Of a stretch of 32,000 bases of DNA, positions 7,676 through 16,183 are shown in pieces. The DNA comes from Dickeya dadantii NCPPB 898 (GTDB lineage Bacteria > Pseudomonadota > Gammaproteobacteria > Enterobacterales > Enterobacteriaceae), in assembly GCF_000406145.1 (NCBI RefSeq), contig NZ_CM001976.1, positions 3,131,337-3,163,336 on the forward strand, in the 5' to 3' direction. Position numbers and translations under genes: made by a program. Below the pieces are notes generated by a model. It saw only the letters and a list, made by a program, of their open reading frames with translations, was not told the origin of the DNA and made no database searches. The number at the start of each line of letters is the position of its first letter. Within the stretch, counting starts at the first letter, position 1.

Positions 7676-8788
7676 TTAAGCACTTTCAACGTCATTATGA
7701 TTTTCAATCCAATATTGCCGATGATTTATCAAATGAGTTGTTAACGGCCAGTTTTGCTTATCTTTAGGTAACCTGAGATATCGGCCATCTAACTCTGCAT
7801 ATTCTGTCCCAGCCAACTGTTCTGATATCCTTATTTTCAACTCGATATCAATCCAGAGCAAACCACGGTCAAATAGAGTATGGATGTCCGTTTTCAGTAA
7901 CAGCCCATGCTGAGCACGGGTATGCCAAGCTCCTGCGTAGGGGGTGATATGTGCAGCTTCAAGCAACACTTGGATTGAACAGCCCGTTACTGCGCATTTA
8001 CCCTCATAAGCTTCAATGAGCTTTCGTCTAAATACTGGTTGCCCTTCTCGAATAATGACCTCACGTAGTGCTTTGAGGCGAAAGTCACCTTCATCTTCAG
8101 GCAATTCATTGAATAATTCATCTCTCGCTTCAACTACCATCCGATCTCCTGGCCTTGGGGCGGCAATCTGAATTGGCGTCCTACCATCATCGGCAATATC
8201 CCATATGCCGTGCAGCTCCTGCACATACTGTTCATACCGTGTATTTTGTAGGTTTCCGCTACGAAATAACAAGTCGTATGGGCTACCCTGGTCAGTCTGG
8301 GCGCTTTTTCGGCTACCAAGATATCGATACCGGGAGTTGCTATTGACGGTTAATGCATCCAGTTGAATACGAATCTCGGTCTCTTTCAGGGGGGCGTTGC
8401 TGTTACGGATCCACTTAACAATATTTGTAGCAGAAGCGGAATTTAGTTGTGTCACGGCATACCATACGCGGAGATATTGCGGATAGTGCATTTCTTCAGG
8501 AATTATACCAGGTACATCAACAACATATGTTGAGAAATTATGATGACGCATCCATTCTCCCCACTGGCGGGAATGGGTGCTAATACCTATGCGATGGGGT
8601 TCGCGTTTGCCAATTTCATCATTGAATTCCTGTCGGGAGGGTGCTCGACCGAGTTTCTGATAAAGCTCATCACAGCAGTCCCACACTGCTCGTACTAACG
8701 GGCCCTGTGGGTATCCATCTTTGCTCTGGTTCAAAGTGTTCTCCGTCAACGAACATATCATGAGAATAGCAATATCCAATTCTGACAC
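7676..8788 (-). CDS. HNH endonuclease (C-terminal HNH of the restriction-associated type) with an unrecognised ~260-aa N-terminal region
   Basis: C-terminus reads CAVTGCSIQVLLEAAHITPYAG....HGLLLKTDIHTLFDRGLLWID. This fits the C-x-(V/I)-(T/C)-G...L-(E/D)-A-A-H-I..., N-G-L-L-L..D-x-H-x-L-F-D pattern. GTG start is preceded by GGGGGA. Confidence 0.8.
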   Translation of the reverse strand: MSELDIAILMICSLTENTLNQSKDGYPQGPLVRAVWDCCDELYQKLGRAPSRQEFNDEIGKREPHRIGISTHSRQWGEWMRHHNFSTYVVDVPGIIPEEMHYPQYLRVWYAVTQLNSASATNIVKWIRNSNAPLKETEIRIQLDALTVNSNSRYRYLGSRKSAQTDQGSPYDLLFRSGNLQNTRYEQYVQELHGIWDIADDGRTPIQIAAPRPGDRMVVEARDELFNELPEDEGDFRLKALREVIIREGQPVFRRKLIEAYEGKCAVTGCSIQVLLEAAHITPYAGAWHTRAQHGLLLKTDIHTLFDRGLLWIDIELKIRISEQLAGTEYAELDGRYLRLPKDKQNWPLTTHLINHRQYWIENHNDVESA

Positions 8789-8952
8789 TAAATCCCCCGC
8801 ATAGCATCAGGCGGTTATGAGCGAAAAGCTGACATTCCCATTGTTTTATCTTTACCTAGTAAAAATAATAAACATTTTTACAAATAAAAATTATAAGTTA
8901 CAATGCGTAATGCCTTTGGTTTAAATATTTACACTTGAAAAGGAGTGACATA

Positions 8953-9610
8953 CCGATGAATAAAAACAAGCTTTTCGCACAGCTATCAAAATATTCACTT
9001 GATGCTCAGATTGATGATTTCGAAAAATATATCATCGGAGCAGGCGGCCAAAATAGAGTTGACTTATCGGAATTAAAAAAAGCATATGAAGATGAAAAAA
9101 AAGAATGCTCCAGATGATTACATTAATTACTTAGAAGACTATTATTCAGAGCAATATGATTTCTTAGTTAACATACAACCAAATATTTTTAATAAATCAG
9201 CTTTAGTATCTTTATACTCATGCTTAGAGCACAATCTAAACGACTATTGTAACATCTGCCAAAAAATTGCAAAAACCAATATATCAGTAAGCGATTTTAA
9301 TGGTGATGGCATTCACAAAGCAAAAAGATATTTAACAAAATTAATGGATATAGACTTTGGTCTATCACAAGAATGGCAATTCATGACAGACCTTAACAAG
9401 GTAAGGAATTGCGTAGTTCATGCTAACGGAGACATTAAAAAAATGAATTCAACTGAAACTTTAAAAACCATTATTGATAAAACACCGACTCTTTCACTAA
9501 ATAATGAAAGTAATATAATAATCTCCTTGGATTATTTAAATGATACTATCATCAAAATTAGAAAACTCTTTCAATGGTTATATACACTTCTGAAGCAATC
9601 ATCGAAGTGA
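8953..9610 (+). pseudogene. HEPN-domain (R-N-x3-H) protein gene, split by a frameshift in an A8 run; the downstream part (9086-9610, 174 aa) may still be expressed alone
   Basis: AAGGAG lies 9 nt before ATG 8953. Frame 1 stops at 9117 and frame 2 is open from 9086. Removing one A from A8 (9095-9102) fuses them, reading ..LKKAYEDEKKNAPDDYINYLEDYY... The HEPN motif is NKVRNCVVHANG. Confidence 0.55.
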
Positions 9611-9798
9611 ATACGATTGCATCTCAGTTTGTTAATGGTCTATTTTTGAAAATAGTTACCGATGATACAGGACTGTTCTCCCTTGATTAACATGCGATCA
9701 TGCTAATGATGTCCGTTCATGGCACAGAGCCGCCTGTAAGATTACGCTTAGCTCTGCGCAGCAACTGTGCCAGATCGGGTCTTAGCTAATACATTTCA

Positions 9799-10209
9799 TC
9801 ACAACCGGCAACCACTCTTCCTGACGCTTGCTGAGGCTCTTATCAACTTGTTCGCGTCATACTTCTTTTTCTCATGCACGTAGATCCGTTCTGTTCTTCC
9901 ACCGTTGTTGATGATGAAGCTGATGATAGAGAGAAAGACTTTATTCAGACGGGCTTTATCAATCAAATCATCACTGATTTTCTCAATATGGCTGTAGTAA
10001 GAGAGAAGTAAAAAGCTCAGCACCACTTCTCGGTTTGAAAATGTCAGATTCTCTATGTCCTGCTGGTATTTAATATAAAATCCGGCACAAAAAAGATAAG
10101 ACTGCTCGGTGATTTCTGCTTCTGAAAAGCCCGATTCATCGAGCTTATCAACGAACCTGTCCAGCAACAGCAAATACCTTTCCATTAAACTCATATTTAT
10201 TTTTTTCAT
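9799..10209 (-). CDS. Hypothetical protein
   Basis: 136 aa from MKKINMSLMERY. The 3' end runs into a GC-richer patch and the last ~20 aa look like run-on. No family recognised. Confidence 0.45.
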   Translation of the reverse strand: MKKINMSLMERYLLLLDRFVDKLDESGFSEAEITEQSYLFCAGFYIKYQQDIENLTFSNREVVLSFLLLSYYSHIEKISDDLIDKARLNKVFLSIISFIINNGGRTERIYVHEKKKYDANKLIRASASVRKSGCRL

Positions 10210-10674
10210 AACTATGCATCCTTGCATTTAAATTATTATTAATTGTCATCCTGACAACATATCAATATCATCATTAAATTAAAAATCAAGCAATATGTAA
10301 AAATATATTTACAGCGGAATATTAAATTTACAAACAATATATTCATTGAATGGCGATTAATTAAATGGCTCGTAATTTTGTTTTTATTAAAAAATTCATG
10401 AAATACTTTACAAAAAAGTATAGATATCACATATATTAAAAAACTGATAATATATTTTACAAAATAACAATCGTTAAAAATTAATTCAATTACTCTGATT
10501 CGGGCTGAACCAGCCTAAATAATTTACATTTAGGTATCAGGTGTGCATAATTATAATTAAGTACACCTGAGACTTAATAACGCCCCGCGAAACCTTTAAA
10601 CAAAAGCCCTCATTAAAAACCGTAAAATATTCTGTAAAATATATAGCCTTTATTGATTGAAATTCTTTACACTT

Positions 10675-10872
10675 TTAAAATACATTTCTTTTTTCAATCG
10701 CGGTTAATATCCATTCATCAATTTCATTTTCAACAAATGCGACAGCACGGATACCAATTTTCACAGGTCGGGGGAAACGTTCTTCACTAATAAGGCGATA
10801 GATCCAGGCTTTTCCAAAGCCGGTTTTTCTCATTACTTCGGGGAAACGAATAAGGCGATTCTGGGTATTCAT
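10675..10872 (-). CDS. alpA: AlpA-family transcriptional regulator / excisionase-like protein
   Basis: 65 aa. RLIRFPEVMRKTGFGKAWIYRLISEERFPRPVKIGIRAVAFVENEIDEWI matches the AlpA/phage regulatory protein pattern. Confidence 0.85.
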   Translation of the reverse strand: MNTQNRLIRFPEVMRKTGFGKAWIYRLISEERFPRPVKIGIRAVAFVENEIDEWILTAIEKRNVF

Positions 10873-10957
10873 AGTCTCTCCTCGTTTTTTTAGAAGAGAC
10901 TATATGAAAAGTTCAGGGAAACAAGCGAATTTCAGCACATCCAGAATTCGCGTGTTT

Positions 10958-11812
10958 TTAGTCCTTGTCTGCGAGCGTTATAACATCCGAAACCCGCATT
11001 TCTTTCAAATGGTTGTTCTTGTTAATAAAATGATGAAACTGAATGATGAATGGCTTGCAGACCGCTTTTAACGCCAGTGGTCTATCGGTATCTTTTATTT
11101 GGTTATTCGCTCTGATCCGCCCTTCTTTATCCGCATGGTCATAGAGCAGTGATGAAAGATGATCATCTGACACACGGATATCATGATGCTTTGCCCATAT
11201 TAGTATGTCGATCATCGGGATCAGCCTGTAATTGATAATTTTCTTGATCGTTCCGTAGCCAAAGCGAACAGTATTTGATAAATCTTCTTCAATGCCCCAT
11301 ATTTTACGCCACTGTGGGAGCATCTCTCTCAGAGATCCGATGATTTCTTCGTCAGTGCCACTGGCGAAATCTATCTCAATCATTATGCTGTTTTTAAAAA
11401 ATACAGGTAATGTCTTAGCGATGGGCGTATTTACGAATTCTTTTGTCACACGATACTCATCACTTTTTGCATCCCAGGAAAACAACGAATCATTCATACC
11501 GTGTATACAAAGATCAGCCAGTCTTCCGGTCGTTGTTATAGAGAAGTGTGGGGATGGGAAAAGCATATTGTCTATTGCAAGGAGCTCCATATAGCTATCC
11601 GTAATGAGGAAGGGTTCTCCACTAAAAAGACTTTTGGTATAAATTTCTGCCAGCCTGATTTCAACATCCCCAGGGTCAGATCTAAAAAACAATGACCGCA
11701 TCACTAGCTCGTGATAAAGCCGCCCAAGAGATATGTTTTCAAACTGCCGATAGGTATCGATATTTAGCCATTCTTTGATTTCTTTAATGTCTTTGTCCGA
11801 CAAGTTTTTCAT
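10958..11812 (-). CDS. Hypothetical island protein upstream of alpA (possibly the DUF6387 type; unverified)
   Basis: 284 aa from ATG 11812, which follows AGAGGA by 7 nt. The track's GTG 11908 start adds 32 aa without RBS support. Same strand as alpA with an 85-nt gap. Confidence 0.55.
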   Translation of the reverse strand: MKNLSDKDIKEIKEWLNIDTYRQFENISLGRLYHELVMRSLFFRSDPGDVEIRLAEIYTKSLFSGEPFLITDSYMELLAIDNMLFPSPHFSITTTGRLADLCIHGMNDSLFSWDAKSDEYRVTKEFVNTPIAKTLPVFFKNSIMIEIDFASGTDEEIIGSLREMLPQWRKIWGIEEDLSNTVRFGYGTIKKIINYRLIPMIDILIWAKHHDIRVSDDHLSSLLYDHADKEGRIRANNQIKDTDRPLALKAVCKPFIIQFHHFINKNNHLKEMRVSDVITLADKD

Positions 11813-11967
11813 ATGATCATCCTCTATCAATTGTCCTTTCCTTAAAAAGGGTAGTTGATTCAGGCTGACCAGCGACTTCTCAGTGCCAGTTACCCTCATC
11901 CCTGCCACAACAACGAAAGTTAGCTTAGGTTCTTATTGACATTGGTTTCTAAAAACAGATAGTGTTA

Positions 11968-12012
11968 TTGGTAGATTTGTTGGTAGAAGTTTTGGTGGTC
12001 ATTTTGGTGGTC
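11968..12012 (+). repeat. Four phased TTGGT(A/G)G repeats with exact 12-bp spacing
   Basis: TTGGTAG at 11968 and 11980; TTGGTGG at 11992 and 12004. The last two units are an 11-nt exact tandem, TTTTGGTGGTC. They sit ~60 bp inside the island end. Confidence 0.8.
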
Positions 12013-12041
12013 TTGACATGAAGAGACTTCCGGCTTAGGTT
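12013..12041 (+). promoter_or_regulatory. Candidate outward-facing sigma70 promoter at the island end
   Basis: TTGACA (12013-12018), 17-nt spacer, TAGGTT (12036-12041). Points toward the tRNA fragment and terminator. Confidence 0.3.
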
Positions 12042-12072
12042 ACTTATTAGCCATTTACTGGCAAAGGCGATC

Positions 12073-12088
12073 CCAGTCAGAGGAGCCA
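12073..12088 (+). repeat. attR-type core: 16-nt copy of the tRNA-Asn 3' end (CCAGTCAGAGGAGCCA)
   Basis: Matches the 3' T-stem half, acceptor stem, discriminator and CCA of enterobacterial tRNA-Asn as I recall it (..GGTTCGAGTCCAGTCAGAGGAGCCA). Upstream bases diverge, so there is no complete tRNA here. Confidence 0.7.
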
Positions 12089-12094
12089 AAATTC

Positions 12095-12135
12095 AACGCC
12101 TTGCAATTCGAAAGAATCGCGAGGCGTTTTTGTTT
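12095..12135 (+). terminator. Strong rho-independent terminator (probably the native tRNA-Asn terminator)
   Basis: AACGCCTTGCAATTC-gaaa-GAATCGCGAGGCGTT forms a 15-bp stem with one mismatch and one G-U pair. TTTTTGTTT follows. Confidence 0.75.
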
Positions 12136-12707
12136 ATGAAACACGAATCCCGCCGGTCGGTGCTGACTGCACACCCATCATCAACGGCACCGCGATATCG
12201 GTATCGTAACGTCTGACGAGTGAGCCATGATACTGCTGAGTCATGACTTCTTTTTACGATAGCGCATCATGAAAATCAGAAAAGAACTATCCGATTCGTT
12301 TTAGTCCCTCTACTTAATAATAAAAACAAACGAAATCATTTATTGATGTTATTTTTCATTTTGCCATTTTATTTCTATATACAAATAACGAATTAATAAG
12401 ACGTTGATATTAAAATCATACGGGAAAAGAATCCCTGTACAGTCGTACACAGCCTCCCCTATACTCGCGATAACATACTATTCAACCGATGTTTATTGTT
12501 GCAGCCAGATGACGAAAGCGCGGTGCGACGTGGCGTCACTCTGGCCGTGGCGGCTGTTCTCAGCGCAGCCCGCCTCTCCATCCGGAAAGAAAAAATAACG
12601 ATGGGGACAAGTTAAAAATACCTATTCGCACCACTATTAATTACCGTAATAAACCACAGCTCAGGGATAAGAGCACACCCGTTATTTCTGGATTCAGGGA
12701 GGGAATC

Positions 12708-13955
12708 ATGAGGGTATTTCTGTCCACGCTTGGCTCTGCCGGGGATGTTTATCCCTTTATCAAAATAGGTGAAGCATTGAAGAATGCTGGATTGGATGTT
12801 TATCTTTGTACCAATCCTTATTTTGAACAGACGGCAAAGGAAAGAGGGCTAAATTTTATTTCAGTTGGCAACAGCGAAGATTATTTACGCGCCGTCAATT
12901 CGCAACGCTTGTGGCATCATCAATCCGCCTTCAATGAAATGGTCAATTTCATGAATGCGCAGCAGCAAGCGGCTTATGACGCGCTGGCTCCATGGGTAGA
13001 CCACGCTTCCGTCATCCTCACCTCGCTGTGGTCCTTCACCGCCAAAATGTTCAGCGAAACCCGGGGATGCTGCGTCATTCCGGTCCGCGTCACGCCATCG
13101 ACGTTTATCTCCAGCTACGACCCGCCCTACCATCGTCAGTTACTGTGGGTTCGCCGATTGCCGATGTATATGCGCCGTCTGTTTTTGTATCTCGCCGAGA
13201 AATATCTGGCCGACCGCCAACTGGCGCCTTTTATTAATACGTTCAGAACCCGGCAGGGGTTGCCGCGTATCGAACGCGTTCTGACATCATGGACGCACCG
13301 CACCGATGCGGCGTTGCTATGCCTGTTTCCGGAATGGTTCGCCTCGCCGTTGCCAGACTGGCCGGCTCATGTTCGACAGGTTGGTTTTCCGTTGTTCAAC
13401 CTGCTGGACAAGCAGCAGGACGATGATCTGGCCCAGTTTATCGCGCGCGAACGCACGGTAATTTTCATGCCCAGTTGGGCACTCAGCACCAAACGCCCGC
13501 TGGCCATCTCGCTGGTGAAAAAAATCCGGCAACGCGGCTACCAGTGCCTGATCGTCGGCAAACCATACCATGAGCTGGCAGACGATACGGGCGTTCGCGC
13601 CGAGAGCCATATTAATCTGGGCCAATACCTGCATCGGTGCGCCGCCATTATCCATCACGGCGGCATTGGCACGATGGCGCAAGCTTTCGCCGCCGGGATT
13701 CCCCAATTGGTTATTCCCAGCGCCTTTGATCAGTTCGATAACGCCCGCCGGGTAACCGCCATGAAGTGCGGCGAATGGCTACCGGAAAGCGACATCGACC
13801 AGTTGGGCGATAAACTGCACAGCCTGTTGGGCAACGCTGACATTGCGGAACACTGCCAGCGTATCCGCCAGCAGTTTCCTTCCGAGCAGACGGTCTGCCA
13901 GCGAATCGTCGACACCGTGCGTGAAGCCTACGCCAGACACATGGCCCAAGGCTGA
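12708..13955 (+). CDS. GT1-family glycosyltransferase, RhlB (rhamnosyltransferase chain B)-like
   Basis: 415 aa. Blocks GSAGDVYPFI, LCLFPEWFASPLPDWP, VGFPLF and HHGGIGTMAQAFAAGIPQLVIPSAFDQFDNA parallel the blocks I recall from P. aeruginosa RhlB and the UGT/MGT nucleotide-sugar motif. Confidence 0.85.
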   Translation: MRVFLSTLGSAGDVYPFIKIGEALKNAGLDVYLCTNPYFEQTAKERGLNFISVGNSEDYLRAVNSQRLWHHQSAFNEMVNFMNAQQQAAYDALAPWVDHASVILTSLWSFTAKMFSETRGCCVIPVRVTPSTFISSYDPPYHRQLLWVRRLPMYMRRLFLYLAEKYLADRQLAPFINTFRTRQGLPRIERVLTSWTHRTDAALLCLFPEWFASPLPDWPAHVRQVGFPLFNLLDKQQDDDLAQFIARERTVIFMPSWALSTKRPLAISLVKKIRQRGYQCLIVGKPYHELADDTGVRAESHINLGQYLHRCAAIIHHGGIGTMAQAFAAGIPQLVIPSAFDQFDNARRVTAMKCGEWLPESDIDQLGDKLHSLLGNADIAEHCQRIRQQFPSEQTVCQRIVDTVREAYARHMAQG

Positions 13956-14259
13956 TAGCGAACATACGGTAATCCCCCGGCTATCGGGATGGCGTGTCTG
14001 GAGCAAAACCAGACACGCTCTCTCCCACATTACCCCGGTCCTGGCACCAGCATTCTGTATAGAAGACGCAGGCTATGCAAAAACGACATAAGCCCCTGTT
14101 CGATCACACTCCTGATGATTTTCCGGGCATGACAGGCCACTGCGTTTACACTGATAACGCCATGTTATCCAACATGAATAATGGCACATGCTATGCATGT
14201 CAAAAAACACAACAGACAAAACATCAATAACAACGCCAATAAAACAACAAGGGGGTTCT

Positions 14260-16023
14260 ATGGCATCGGGAAAATGGCTGCTGCCGTTAAGTCTGACCGC
14301 ATTGCTGGTCAGCGGTGCGGTCCACGCGGTTTCCATACCGGCGGTGGAAGCGAAAAACGGTATGGTGGCCACCTCGCAGCATCTGGCGTCGCAGGTCGGC
14401 GTCGATATTCTGAAGATGGGGGGCAACGCCATTGATGCCGCGGTAGCGGTCGGTTACGCACAAGCGGTGGTCAACCCCTGCTGCGGTAACATTGGGGGCG
14501 GCGGATTTATGACCATCCATCTGGCGGATGGCAAAGATACCTTCATCAACTTCCGTGAAACCGCGCCGGCCGCCGCGTCCGCCAATATGTATCTGGATGC
14601 GGAAGGTAAGGTTAAAAAAGACGCCAGCCTGTATGGCTACCTGGCGGCGGGCGTTCCCGGTACGGTGCTGGGGCTGGAAACCGCCCGCGAGAAATACGGT
14701 AAGCTGACCCGTGCTCAGGTGATGACGCCGGCTATCAAGCTGGCGCGGGAAGGCTTTATCCTGACCCGCGGCGACACCGACATTCTTGACACCACCGTCA
14801 AACGCTTTAAGCAGGACCCGGAATCAGCACGTATCTTCCTGCGCCCGGACGGCTCGGCGCTGCAACCGGGCGACCGTCTGGTGCAGACTGACTTGGCCAC
14901 TACGTTACAGGCGATCGCGGATAAAGGGCCGGACGCGTTCTACCACGGCAAACTCCCGCAAATCATCGAAGACGCCGCCAAAAAAGGCGGCGGCATTCTG
15001 ACGGCGGCGGACTTCGCCAACTATCGCGTAACCGAAACCCAGCCGATCACCTGCAGCTATCGCGGCTATCAGTTCATCTCGTCACCGCCGCCCAGCTCCG
15101 GCGGGATCACGATGTGTGAAACACTGAACATTCTCGAAGGTTACGACCTGAAAAGCATGGGCTTTAACTCCGCGCAGGCAATCCATGTCATGACGGAAGC
15201 GATGCGTCACGCCTACATGGACCGCAACACCTATCTGGGCGACCCGGATTTTGTCAAAAACCCGGTCGACCGGCTGCTGAGCAAAGCGTATGCCGCCGAA
15301 ATCCGCAAGAAAATCGACGACACCAGAGCCACGCCGTCCGAACAGGTGAAACCCGGCATGGAACCGCATGAAAAACCGGAAACCACCCACTACTCGATCG
15401 TCGATAATCAGGGCAACGCCGTCTCCACCACTTACACGGTGAACGGCCGCTTCGGCGCGGTGGTGATAGCCCCCGGCACCGGCTTCTTCCTGAACGACGA
15501 GATGGATGACTTCACCGTCAAAGTGGGCGAGAAAAACCTCTACGGACTGGTGCAAGGCGAGCGCAACGCCATCGCACCGGGCAAACGCCCGCTGTCGTCG
15601 ATGAGCCCGTCGCTGGTGACAAAAGACGGCAAGATCCTCCTGGTGCTTGGCTCGCCGGGCGGCTCGCGCATCATCAGCATCACGCTGCAGAGCGCGCTGA
15701 ATATTCTCGACTTCGGCATGCTGCCGCAGGAAGCGGTTGACGCGCCGCATATCCACCATCAATGGCTACCGGACGAGGTTTACTATGAACAGCGCGGCCT
15801 GTCCGCCGATACGCTCGCGTTGTTAAAAGAGCGCGGCTATAAAATGGTGGAACAAACGCCGTGGGGCGCGACCGAGCTGATCATGGTCGGATTGGCCGGC
15901 GTGGAAGGCGTGATCCCGGCCAACTCCGGCAATGACTCGGCAGTATCCGGTAAGGTGCGCGAAGGGTATCTGTACGGCGCCAACGACTCTCGTCGTCCGG
16001 CTGGCGCCGCCATCGGCTACTGA
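14260..16023 (+). CDS. ggt: Gamma-glutamyltranspeptidase
   Basis: Collinear with E. coli Ggt: GMVA..Q..A.QVGVDILK.GGNA(I/V)DAAVAVGYA, PPPSSGG, the catalytic Thr region ETTHYSIVD, and RPLSSMSP. Signal peptide MASGKWLLPLSLTALLVSGAVHA follows the GGGGG RBS, so the 14188 start in the track is too long. Confidence 0.93.
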   Translation: MASGKWLLPLSLTALLVSGAVHAVSIPAVEAKNGMVATSQHLASQVGVDILKMGGNAIDAAVAVGYAQAVVNPCCGNIGGGGFMTIHLADGKDTFINFRETAPAAASANMYLDAEGKVKKDASLYGYLAAGVPGTVLGLETAREKYGKLTRAQVMTPAIKLAREGFILTRGDTDILDTTVKRFKQDPESARIFLRPDGSALQPGDRLVQTDLATTLQAIADKGPDAFYHGKLPQIIEDAAKKGGGILTAADFANYRVTETQPITCSYRGYQFISSPPPSSGGITMCETLNILEGYDLKSMGFNSAQAIHVMTEAMRHAYMDRNTYLGDPDFVKNPVDRLLSKAYAAEIRKKIDDTRATPSEQVKPGMEPHEKPETTHYSIVDNQGNAVSTTYTVNGRFGAVVIAPGTGFFLNDEMDDFTVKVGEKNLYGLVQGERNAIAPGKRPLSSMSPSLVTKDGKILLVLGSPGGSRIISITLQSALNILDFGMLPQEAVDAPHIHHQWLPDEVYYEQRGLSADTLALLKERGYKMVEQTPWGATELIMVGLAGVEGVIPANSGNDSAVSGKVREGYLYGANDSRRPAGAAIGY

Positions 16024-16122
16024 TCTCTCCCCCGCAGAACGCGGGGGATGCCGAGTGAATTCGGCAGTCCGGCCCTAAGGGGCCGTTGCAAACGCGGTTC
16101 ACATCGCTATCCGACAACGCAA

Positions 16123-16163
16123 CCCCGGTCATCGCGTTAACGCAATGGCCGGGGCGCGTTTTT
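16123..16163 (+). terminator. Rho-independent terminator downstream of ggt
   Basis: Long hairpin CCCCGGTCATCGCGTT/AACGCAATGGCCGGGG followed by CGCGTTTTT. Confidence 0.7.
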
Positions 16164-16183
16164 GCCGTCAGCATGCAATTTAT

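Larger units (their letters stand above)
1..12088. mobile_element. Right-hand ~12 kb of an AT-rich integrative mobilizable island inserted at a tRNA-Asn site (left end, and presumably the integrase, lie outside the window)
   Basis: Sharp compositional break near 12.1 kb, with AT-rich short hypothetical and membrane genes before it and GC-rich core genes after. Carries an oriT-like inverted repeat, mobC, a relaxase and alpA. Ends at a 16-nt match to the tRNA-Asn 3' end (12073-12088) followed by a strong terminator. Confidence 0.65.

Noticed and set aside
9715-9790. GC-richer patch with inverted GGCACAG/CTGTGCC between the HEPN gene and the 9799 ORF, considered as a gene or IS remnant
   Set aside because: I could not read a convincing conserved frame or recognise terminal repeats of a known element. 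I left it unannotated.
10239-10430. 63-aa ORF in the AT-rich spacer between the 9799-10209 ORF and alpA
   Set aside because: It lies in a region with extreme AT content and has an Ile/Asn/Phe/Lys-rich translation and no RBS. It is more likely promoter or H-NS-type curved DNA.
12040-12088. Possible complete tRNA gene at the island junction
   Set aside because: Only the last 16 nt match tRNA-Asn. The upstream sequence cannot form the T-loop, anticodon or D arms.
12134-12244. 36-aa minus-strand ORF (MTQQYHGSLVRRYDTDIAVPLMMGVQSAPTGGIRVS) ending at the tRNA-Asn terminator hairpin
   Set aside because: It is short, has only a weak AAGAAG upstream and resembles no family I recognise. It cannot be supported without conservation or ribosome-profiling data.
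12404-12598. 64-aa ORF upstream of the glycosyltransferase
   Set aside because: It has a non-ATG start in the track, no RBS and an implausible composition. It probably lies in the glycosyltransferase promoter and leader region.
14188-14259. N-terminal extension of ggt (MLCMSKNTTDK...)
   Set aside because: The signal peptide begins at MASGKW, right after a GGGGG RBS. The extension has no homology to Ggt and would bury the signal peptide.
15082-15762. 226-aa minus-strand ORF inside ggt
   Set aside because: It is antisense to a well-supported ggt frame, has low-complexity Arg/Ala/His-rich translation and no start context.
16026-16050. Hairpin CCCCCGC-agaac-GCGGGGG just after the ggt stop as the ggt terminator
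   Set aside because: No T-run follows on either strand. The better terminator, with TTTTT, lies at 16123-16163.
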